Source: a virus
IMG/VR virus record: IMGVR_UViG_3300029081_000013
Coordinates: 1-6,124 of that record
DNA length: 6,124 bases
Strand: one strand, 5' to 3'
Each line of letters starts with the position of its first letter. Positions within the stretch are counted from its first letter, which is position 1. Under the pieces are notes generated by a model. It ran no database searches. It was not told the DNA's origin and saw nothing but the letters and a program-made list of their open reading frames with translations. Positions 1 to 5,910 of the stretch are shown here, piece after piece. A program made the position numbers and the translations under genes.

Positions 1-99
1 CCTTTATATTTAGCTTTTATTAACCATATTCATATTGTTTCCTTATTGTTTTATATTATATTTGCGTAACAGAAGTAAATACCATCGTTCTGGCGGAAC
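1..99. repeat. Terminal direct repeat; positions 1-99 are identical to 6026-6124. This is a circular-genome assembly overlap, giving a unit genome length of 6025 nt.
   Basis: Direct comparison of window start (cctttatatttagcttttattaacc...ccatcgttctggcggaac) with 6026-6124 gives a base-for-base match that includes the first half of the 81-105 hairpin. No genes cross the junction. Confidence 0.9.
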
Positions 100-105
100 G
101 ATGGT
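81..105 (+). promoter_or_regulatory. Perfect 10-bp stem (ACCATCGTTC / GAACGATGGT) with a 5-nt loop TGGCG, in the AT-rich intergenic region upstream of the gene chain. Candidate origin, primosome or packaging hairpin, or a terminator.
   Basis: Reverse complement of 81-90 equals 96-105 exactly. Flanked by very AT-rich sequence (1-80 and 106-141). Lies in the only sizeable gene-free stretch (5911-6025 plus 1-141). Confidence 0.5.
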
Positions 106-141
106 TTATGTAACATTATTAACATATAAACTATTGATTTT

Positions 142-378
142 ATGGAAGCTAAATTATTCGGTCTAAAAATTATTTTTGATTCGGTAGAAACTGAGTCATT
201 TTATGTTGAGTTTCTTTCTTACTCTGACACAGTCTCTTACCTTGTTCGTAAGATTCTTCATTATTATGATTCTACGCCTATTTTGTCGTTTTCTGTTGTT
301 CCTGTTGAAACTCTTCATCTTGGTTTTTCTCTTATGGATTCTTCTAATATTGATTTATTTAATTATTTAATACATTGA
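142..378 (+). CDS. Hypothetical small acidic protein (78 aa), first gene of the + strand chain.
   Basis: ATG-initiated ORF with the same strongly T-ending codon usage as rep, VP1 and VP2. Stop TGA 376-378 lies 5 nt before the next ATG (384). Acidic composition (D/E-rich) with an internal VET repeat. Homology not recognised. Confidence 0.45.
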   Translation: MEAKLFGLKIIFDSVETESFYVEFLSYSDTVSYLVRKILHYYDSTPILSFSVVPVETLHLGFSLMDSSNIDLFNYLIH

Positions 379-383
379 TTATT

Positions 384-479
384 ATGAAACCTGTTTGGAA
401 AATAGTTTTTTACGTAGCGGAAGCGTTGTTATCTGCTATTAAGGCTGTTTTTGGTGGTAAGGATAAGGAGTCTAAGTGA
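384..479 (+). CDS. Hypothetical 31-aa peptide (MKPVWKIVFYVAEALLSAIKAVFGGKDKESK). Its TGA stop overlaps the rep ATG (TGATG), and the rep SD (AAGGAG 465-470) sits inside its 3' end.
   Basis: Manual translation from ATG 384 to TGA 477-479. The overlap suggests translational coupling to rep. Mixed codon usage and short length keep confidence low. Confidence 0.25.
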   Translation: MKPVWKIVFYVAEALLSAIKAVFGGKDKESK

Positions 480-1969
480 TGGAGTCTGTCTTACCTTTAA
501 ATTGTCGTTGTCTTGAGCCTCGCAAGGTTTTTAATCCTTATTCCAAGGATAGCCTTGTTGTTCCTTGTGGTCATTGTAAGGCTTGCCTCTTGAATAAAAA
601 TTCTCGGCTTGCTTTTCAATGTGACTTGGAATCTGTTTCTAATAAGTATTGCGTGTTTATCACCCTTACTTATGCTAATCGCTTTATACCTCGTGCTAAT
701 TTCATTGACGCTACCGATCGCCCTTTTGGCTGTGATCTTTATGATAAGGAGACTGGTGAGTTACTCGGCGCTTGCGATATGTTAGAAGAGGATCGCCAAC
801 GTTTGTTGGATAAGTTTTATTTGTTTGGTGATGTACCTTATTTGAGAAAGTCTGATTTACAACTATTTTTTAAAAGATTTCGTTATTATGCAGGAAAAAT
901 TACAAAAGAGAAAGTGCGTTACTTTGCTGTCGGAGAGTATGGTCCCGTCCATTTCAGACCGCATTATCATGTCTTATTATACTTCAACTCTGAGACCCTC
1001 CTACAGGCATGTTCAGAGATTGTACTTTCGTCATGGAGATTTGGTCGTGTCGATTGTCAGCTCTCCAAAGGTAAATGCTCTTCGTATGTTGCGAGTTACG
1101 TTAATAGCTCTGTGTCTGTACCCAAAGTTTTTACGTTATCTTCCACACGTGGGTTCTGTTTACATTCTCAAAAATTGGGTCAAGGTTTTTTGCAAGGTGA
1201 ACGAGAGAAAGTATACTCGCTTACCGCTTCGGAGTTTATTCAAAGAAGCGTCGTACTCAATGGAACTTATAAGGAATTCCGTTTGTGGCGGTCGTGTTAC
1301 CGTTATTTCTACCCCAAGTGTAAAGGATTCTCTGATAAATCTGCACGTGATCTTTCTTACTCTTACAGAGTCTATGCTACGGCGAAAGAATTGTTCCCCT
1401 ACTGTGAGACAGCTGCGGAACTCGCGCGTGAGATAGCTTCTTGTGTTCGTCTTTTTGGCCCTTCTGTTAAGGGTCTTACTTATGATCTTCCTCTTTCTGA
1501 GGTTTCTAAAATGAATGACTTATTGTCATATTTTTATGATCCCGTTTGTGATATGGATATTGATTCAGATCTTTTCCAGCGTTGGATTAATCGTATTTAT
1601 ATTGAGTTATTAACTTCTAAACATTTTTTGTATTATGTCTGTGATCATCCGACTACCTACGAGATAAATCGCAAGATTCGTCTTATACAGGATTTTTATA
1701 AGCAATTGGAATATCTCCGTTTGACTGAGTTCTTTGAGAATCAATCCCAATATTACGAGTCAGATTTTGTCGGTGATGAGCCTTTGCTTTCTGATCAGTA
1801 TGGTAATAGTTTTGTTCCTTACTTCTATGATAATTTGAATTATTCTATGAAGTGTTATAAAGAGTTGGTCGCTTATAAGTTGTTTGAGTCTAATACCTTA
1901 CGGCTTGCGCAAGACCGGATTAAGCATAAGTATCTTAACGATAAGAATAAAATATTTTTTAATGAGTAA
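479..1969 (+). CDS. Replication initiation protein (Microviridae VP4 / phiX174 gene A-like HUH rolling-circle endonuclease), about 496 aa with a roughly 290-aa extension C-terminal to the catalytic tyrosines.
   Basis: N-terminal Cys cluster (PCGHCKAC). Motif 1 CVFITLTY (650-673). HUH motif HYH (962-970) within VHFRPHYHVLLYF. Motif 3 with paired tyrosines YVASYVN (Tyr codons 1085-1087 and 1097-1099), matching the phiX174 A-protein YVAKYVNK active site. The track ORF begins at GTG 476, but ATG 479 is preceded by AAGGAG at optimal spacing. Confidence 0.9.
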   Translation: MESVLPLNCRCLEPRKVFNPYSKDSLVVPCGHCKACLLNKNSRLAFQCDLESVSNKYCVFITLTYANRFIPRANFIDATDRPFGCDLYDKETGELLGACDMLEEDRQRLLDKFYLFGDVPYLRKSDLQLFFKRFRYYAGKITKEKVRYFAVGEYGPVHFRPHYHVLLYFNSETLLQACSEIVLSSWRFGRVDCQLSKGKCSSYVASYVNSSVSVPKVFTLSSTRGFCLHSQKLGQGFLQGEREKVYSLTASEFIQRSVVLNGTYKEFRLWRSCYRYFYPKCKGFSDKSARDLSYSYRVYATAKELFPYCETAAELAREIASCVRLFGPSVKGLTYDLPLSEVSKMNDLLSYFYDPVCDMDIDSDLFQRWINRIYIELLTSKHFLYYVCDHPTTYEINRKIRLIQDFYKQLEYLRLTEFFENQSQYYESDFVGDEPLLSDQYGNSFVPYFYDNLNYSMKCYKELVAYKLFESNTLRLAQDRIKHKYLNDKNKIFFNE

Positions 1970-1973
1970 CATT

Positions 1974-3662
1974 ATGAATTTAAAGTCGTTACGTAATAAA
2001 CCTTCTCGTAATGGCTTCGATCTTTCGTTTAAGCGGAATTTTACCGCTAAAGCTGGTGAGCTTCTTCCTGTTATGGTGAAAGAGGTTCTTCCCGGCGATG
2101 TCTTTAATATTGATTTGTCCTCGTTTACTCGTACCCAGCCTGTTAATACTGCCGCTTTCGCTCGTATGCGTGAGTATTATGATTTCTTTTTTGTTCCTTA
2201 CAATCTGCTTTGGAACAAGGCTGATACGCTTTTAACCCAAATGTATGATAATCCCCAGCATGCGAACTCGTGGAATCCGGCGGATGCTTTTACTTTAAAA
2301 GGTGAGATGCCTTATATTACCTGTGAGCAAATCGCTAATTATTTTAAGACTCAACGCTCTTTGGGTCTTTTGGTTAGTTCTATTAATAATAATTATTTCG
2401 GTTACCAACGTGGTTCTCTCTCCGCTAAGTTGTTGGAATATCTTGGATATGGTAACTATTTTGATTATGTCGGTACCGATACCTCAAAGAATGAATGGAG
2501 TAAGAATCCTCTTATGAATAATTTGAACTTGAACGTATTTGGCTTGTTGGCTTATCAAAAGATTTATGCCGACTTTTTCCGTGATTCTCAATGGGAGAAA
2601 ATTAGCCCCTCTACGTTTAATGTTGATTACATGAACGGTGTTGATACTTTGCAGATGGATATTCCCGTTGGTACAAGTCCCAATCAGGACTTTTACAAGG
2701 CTTATAACATGTTTGATCTCCGGTATTGTAATTGGCAGAAGGATTTATTTCACGGTGTTGTTCCTTCTGCGCAGTATGGAGGTGGTTCTACTGTTTACCC
2801 TGTTAGTGGTTCTATTACTGGTACTGTGGCTGGTTCTGTTGTTACGGGTACCGCTAAATCCTCGCTTGACGTTTTGATGCTTCGTCAATATGAGTTCTTG
2901 CTAAAATGGCGTGAGATAGCTCAATCCGGCAATAAGGATTATAAGGATCAAGTTCAGAAACATTGGAATGTCTCTGTTGGTGATTACGCTTCTGAGGTTT
3001 GTCAATATCTTGGCGGTGTTAACTCGAATATTGATATCAATGAGGTTGTTAATACTAATATTACCTCTGATAATGCCGCTGATATTGCTGGTAAAGGTAC
3101 TGGTGTTTCTCGTGGTAATATTCGCTTTGATTCTCGTGGTAAGTATGGTTTGTTAATGTGTATCTATCACTGTTTGCCAGTCTTGGATTACACTACTGAT
3201 TTTGTTGAGCCTGCTTTTACTAAGATTAATGCCACTGATTACGCTATTCCGGAATTTGATCGTATTGGTATGCAGGCTGTCCCTCTTGTTTGGGCTACGA
3301 ACCCTCCCGGTAGTGTTGCCTCCGCTCCTTATATGAAGCTTGGTTACGCTCCCCGTTATATTGAGTATAAGACGGCTTTTGATTCTTCTGTTGGCGCTTT
3401 TAAGCGTTCTTTGAACTCTTGGGTGATGTCCTATAACAATGCTTCTCTTATTGATCAGATTGGTTCCGGTACTACTAAACCCGAGCCTCCTTATTCCGAC
3501 GTTTATGTGAATTACTCGGCTTTTAAGGTTAATCCGAACTCGGTTGACCCGATATTTGCCGTGCAAGCTAATTCAAATGTTGATACTGATCAGTTCTTAT
3601 GTAGTGCTTTCTTTGATGTGAAAGCGGTTCGCAACTTGGATGTAGATGGTTTACCTTATTAA
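1974..3662 (+). CDS. Major capsid protein VP1 (Microviridae F-like jelly-roll capsid protein), 563 aa.
   Basis: The N-terminal region NGFDLSFKRNFTAKAGELLPV matches the conserved gokushovirus VP1 N-terminus (RN.FDLSH....MG.L.PI). The size is typical of gokushovirus VP1. The track ORF (1884) extends upstream into rep. ATG 1974 lies 4 nt after the rep stop (TAA 1967-1969), in frame, and is the likely true start. Confidence 0.85.
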   Translation: MNLKSLRNKPSRNGFDLSFKRNFTAKAGELLPVMVKEVLPGDVFNIDLSSFTRTQPVNTAAFARMREYYDFFFVPYNLLWNKADTLLTQMYDNPQHANSWNPADAFTLKGEMPYITCEQIANYFKTQRSLGLLVSSINNNYFGYQRGSLSAKLLEYLGYGNYFDYVGTDTSKNEWSKNPLMNNLNLNVFGLLAYQKIYADFFRDSQWEKISPSTFNVDYMNGVDTLQMDIPVGTSPNQDFYKAYNMFDLRYCNWQKDLFHGVVPSAQYGGGSTVYPVSGSITGTVAGSVVTGTAKSSLDVLMLRQYEFLLKWREIAQSGNKDYKDQVQKHWNVSVGDYASEVCQYLGGVNSNIDINEVVNTNITSDNAADIAGKGTGVSRGNIRFDSRGKYGLLMCIYHCLPVLDYTTDFVEPAFTKINATDYAIPEFDRIGMQAVPLVWATNPPGSVASAPYMKLGYAPRYIEYKTAFDSSVGAFKRSLNSWVMSYNNASLIDQIGSGTTKPEPPYSDVYVNYSAFKVNPNSVDPIFAVQANSNVDTDQFLCSAFFDVKAVRNLDVDGLPY

Positions 3663-3673
3663 TTGATTATGTT

Positions 3674-4141
3674 ATGTTTGCTAAAAGACGTTTAACACCG
3701 CATGTCTATAATGCTCTTGAGAAGGGTGCTGTAGACTTGAGTAAGAGTGAGTTTTATCAACCTTCCGCAATTGATGATTTTTTGTTCGTTAAGAATAAAC
3801 CTCCCCATTCGGACTGCGATTCGGTTACTTTTACTACTGATATTACTATGCTGTTTAATCAGCAACGTTTGGATAAGATGTCTCGTGAGGCTTTGCTCCA
3901 GCATTTTGACTCTTTTTCTGTTCAGGACTCTCGGTTCGCCGATTTGCGTGCGAAACTTTCTGATGATCAGTTGTGTTCTATTGTTAAGTCTCGTTATATT
4001 CAGACTCCTTCCGAATTGATGTCTTATAGTCAATATCTTGTTGATTCGGTTGGTCTTGAGTTGGCTTCTGTGGCTCCGCATGTTGATCCTGCTGGTGATC
4101 CTGCTCCGGCTGGTGATCCTACTCCGGCTTCTGCGGAATAA
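3674..4141 (+). CDS. Putative internal scaffolding-like or other small structural protein (155 aa) with a C-terminal DPAG/DPAPAG/DPTPAS repeat.
   Basis: ATG 11 nt after the VP1 stop. T-ending codon bias matches the other genes. Size is in the VP3 scaffold range. Assignment rests on position and size only, since no motif was recognised. Its position between VP1 and VP2 differs from the canonical gokushovirus VP1-VP2-VP3 order. Confidence 0.45.
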   Translation: MFAKRRLTPHVYNALEKGAVDLSKSEFYQPSAIDDFLFVKNKPPHSDCDSVTFTTDITMLFNQQRLDKMSREALLQHFDSFSVQDSRFADLRAKLSDDQLCSIVKSRYIQTPSELMSYSQYLVDSVGLELASVAPHVDPAGDPAPAGDPTPASAE

Positions 4142-4162
4142 GTTTATATGTTACTTCTGATA

Positions 4163-4190
4163 GGGCGGTTAATACCGCCCTTTTCTTTAT
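4163..4190 (+). terminator. Rho-independent terminator-like hairpin GGGCGGT-taat-ACCGCCC followed by TTTTCTTTAT.
   Basis: 7-bp GC-rich perfect stem (4163-4169 / 4174-4180), 4-nt loop, then a T-run. Located 22 nt after the stop of the 155-aa gene. This is analogous to the leaky terminators after the structural genes in phiX174. Confidence 0.55.
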
Positions 4191-4219
4191 CAAGTTTAAT
4201 TTATTTAATATTTTATATT

Positions 4220-5344
4220 ATGGGTGTTGTACAAGGTTTGACAGGTCTTGCCGGCGCTGGTATTGCTGCTGGTGCTAATACCGCCGCTACCGTTATGACT
4301 AATAACGCTAATAAGCAGATCGCTCAGATGAATAATGCTTTCAACGAGAAGATGCTGCAAAAGCAGATGGATTATAATAAGGAAATGTATCATCAGCAGT
4401 TAGGTGATCAATGGTCTTTCTATAATGATGCTAAGGAGAATCAATGGCAAATGTATGAGGATACCAAGGAATATAATTCCGCCTCCGCTCAACGTGAACG
4501 TCTTGAGGCTGCTGGACTGAATCCCTACCTTATGATGTCTGGTGGTAACGCTGGTGTCGCTACATCTAATTCTGCTCCTTCCGGCTCCGCTCCCGCTGGA
4601 CAAGGTGTTAGTATTCCTACCGCCTCTTCTTATGCCGCTGATTACTCCGGCTTGGCTCAAGGTGTAGGACAGGCTATTGATGCTTATAATCAGATTCGCC
4701 TCCAAAAAGCTCAACAAGGTAAGATAAGCGCCGAGGAGAATAATATCCGTATTGAAGGTAAGTACAAGGCTGCTTCGATGATCGCTGAGATTGCTAATAA
4801 GATACAGAACACGAAGTCTCAAGCCGCTAAGACTGCTTTAGAGACTATTATGACAGGTGTTCAAAGAGACCTTATTCGTGCTCAGACGGACAAGGTTAAA
4901 GGCGAGACTACCTATAACGCTATTCTCGCTCGTGGTGCCTCTGTAGATGTTCTAATGAAGTCTGAGACGCTTAAGGTGCTTCCTCAACAGCTTCGTAATT
5001 CTCTTGCTGAGCAAACCGCTAATATCGCAGTTAAGTACGCTCAACGTGATTTAACTAAGAAACAGGTTGATCATGAAGTTGAAAAAATTGTTAATACTAT
5101 TGCTCAACGTGGTTTGATCGGTGCACAAACGGATGCTACTTCTATAGCTAATAATGGTGCCGTACAGCAGCAGCAGTATTTCGCTGATACTTATAAGATT
5201 CAGAAGAATAAGTTGATTGCGGAAATGAAGCATGCTATTTTAAATAGTGGCCCTCAAGACCCTACAGGTCTTTTGAATTTCTTTAATCAAGCTTATCAAT
5301 CTGCAACAGGTGTCACTAATCGTTCTTATGATACGGATTATTGA
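4220..5344 (+). CDS. VP2 / DNA pilot (minor spike) protein-like, 374 aa from ATG 4220. The track ORF starts at 4148 (398 aa).
   Basis: Gly/Ala-rich N-terminus (GLTGLAGAGIAAGANTAATV) followed by Q/N-rich helical segments and low-complexity SAPSGSAPAGQG, as in microvirus VP2/H-like pilot proteins. The T-ending codon bias begins at 4220. The 4148-4219 segment has different third-position usage and contains the terminator hairpin, so 4220 is the preferred start. ATG 4148 lies only 6 nt after the preceding stop and remains a possible alternative. Confidence 0.6.
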   Translation: MGVVQGLTGLAGAGIAAGANTAATVMTNNANKQIAQMNNAFNEKMLQKQMDYNKEMYHQQLGDQWSFYNDAKENQWQMYEDTKEYNSASAQRERLEAAGLNPYLMMSGGNAGVATSNSAPSGSAPAGQGVSIPTASSYAADYSGLAQGVGQAIDAYNQIRLQKAQQGKISAEENNIRIEGKYKAASMIAEIANKIQNTKSQAAKTALETIMTGVQRDLIRAQTDKVKGETTYNAILARGASVDVLMKSETLKVLPQQLRNSLAEQTANIAVKYAQRDLTKKQVDHEVEKIVNTIAQRGLIGAQTDATSIANNGAVQQQQYFADTYKIQKNKLIAEMKHAILNSGPQDPTGLLNFFNQAYQSATGVTNRSYDTDY

Positions 5345-5376
5345 TTATTTTTGTTGTGTTATTAAATTATTTTGTT

Positions 5377-5514
5377 ATGATTTCTTTTATTGGTAATTTA
5401 GGCACAGGTGAAATAATTATTGGCCTTTTGTTTGTTATGGTTCCCTTTATTCTTGTTTGCTGGCTTATAATAGCCTTGATACGTTATTTGAATCGGAAGT
5501 CTAAAACTAATTAG
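5377..5514 (+). CDS. 45-aa single-pass transmembrane peptide with a basic C-terminal tail (MISFIGNLGTGEIIIGLLFVMVPFILVCWLIIALIRYLNRKSKTN). Candidate lysis protein, or a membrane-inserted accessory protein.
   Basis: Manual translation of an ORF that falls below the track cutoff. ATG 5377 lies 32 nt after the VP2 stop. A 23-residue hydrophobic core is followed by RYLNRKSK. This architecture (short TM helix plus basic tail) is that of phiX174 E-type single-gene lysis proteins and of small holin or antiholin-like peptides. It is followed directly by a GC-rich hairpin at 5532-5560. Confidence 0.4.
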   Translation: MISFIGNLGTGEIIIGLLFVMVPFILVCWLIIALIRYLNRKSKTN

Positions 5515-5573
5515 TCTATTTCGAAACAAATAGGGGCTAATTAGCCCAAAATTAGCCCCTTATTAGTCTATTT
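5507..5573. promoter_or_regulatory. Palindrome-rich iterated element. It has four ATTAG cores (5510, 5540, 5551, 5562), two copies of the palindromic CTAATTAG (5507-5514, 5537-5544), a 10-bp inverted repeat AGGGGCTAAT / ATTAGCCCCT (5532-5541 / 5551-5560), and a flanking 12-bp direct repeat ATTAGTCTATTT (5510-5521, 5562-5573).
   Basis: Read directly from the sequence. GGGCTAATTAGCCC (5534-5547) is a perfect 14-nt palindrome. The alternative fold is a 10-bp stem with a 9-nt loop followed by a T-rich run (terminator-like). The 11-bp spacing of the last three ATTAG cores corresponds to one helical turn, which would suit binding sites on one face. Confidence 0.5.
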
Positions 5574-5609
5574 TAAATGTGTACTTTTTGTGAATATTGT
5601 GAAACCTTA

Positions 5610-5687
5610 GTCACTTTCCCGAAGGGCAGCCGATTAATCTTTATTCTCGGCTGTCCTCCTTTCTTGTCCTAGTATACGAAAAGTGAC
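5610..5687 (+). promoter_or_regulatory. Nested inverted repeats. The inner stem GGGCAGCCGA (5624-5633) / TCGGCTGTCC (5647-5656) is 10 bp with one G.T wobble and a 13-nt loop. It is enclosed by an outer 8-bp inverted repeat GTCACTTT (5610-5617) / AAAGTGAC (5680-5687), and followed by a pyrimidine tract.
   Basis: Read directly from the sequence. Function is unknown. It could be a terminator, a structured RNA, or a cruciform ssDNA element. It overlaps a doubtful 31-aa Cys-containing ORF (5577-5672). Confidence 0.35.
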
Positions 5688-5706
5688 AGGATTCTATTTT
5701 AAGCGT

Positions 5707-5910
5707 ATGGAATACCGTATTAAATCATGTCTCATTCCTTTCCATGATCTTCTTGAGATATTCGAGTTTCTTGTCAATCTTCCTTCAATTTACTTGTGGC
5801 AGTATCAAGGTTTGGATATTCTTTTAAATGATCGTCCTATCATGAAAATACTGATTCGGTTCGAAAATGGTACTACGTATGTCTCGTACACTACCGTTCG
5901 CCTCTTTTAG
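5707..5910 (+). CDS. Doubtful hypothetical protein (67 aa from ATG 5707; the track gives 75 aa from GTG 5683).
   Basis: An open frame, but its codon usage is C-ending and mixed, unlike the T-ending bias of the confident genes. There is no SD, and it sits in the otherwise structure-rich region after VP2. May be non-coding. Confidence 0.2.
   Translation: MEYRIKSCLIPFHDLLEIFEFLVNLPSIYLWQYQGLDILLNDRPIMKILIRFENGTTYVSYTTVRLF

Noticed and set aside
106-137. Similarity of taacattattaacatataaac to the phiX174 origin (CAACTTGATATTAATAACACTATAG).
   Set aside because: The resemblance is limited to a short AT-rich run (TTATTAAC vs TTAATAAC). That is not enough to call a nick site.
888-1436. 182-aa +1-frame ORF inside rep.
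   Set aside because: Same stop-suppression artefact expected from codon bias. It is kept only as a minor note because overprinted genes inside rep are known in phiX174 (A*/B/K). No SD or coupling signal was seen.
2302-3156. +1-frame ORFs inside VP1 and the 155-aa gene (2302-2517, 2638-2877, 2968-3156, 3747-4019).
   Set aside because: In the +1 frame the second codon position is the T-rich third position of the real gene. That suppresses stop codons and gives L/V/I/F-rich artefactual translations, as observed.
3153-3566. Minus-strand ORFs inside VP1, the 155-aa gene and VP2 (3153-3566, 3692-4081, 4205-4393, 4400-4822, 5051-5233).
   Set aside because: Microviridae genes are all on one strand. 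These frames run antisense to confident genes and are kept open by the strong T-richness of + strand codon position 3, which makes the antisense A-rich at position 1 and gives few stops. No start context was found.
5577-5672. 31-aa Cys-containing ORF (MCTFCEYCETLVTFPKGSRLIFILGCPPFLS).
   Set aside because: It overlaps the nested inverted-repeat structure, has no SD, and its codon usage is off-type. It is more likely non-coding sequence that happens to be open.
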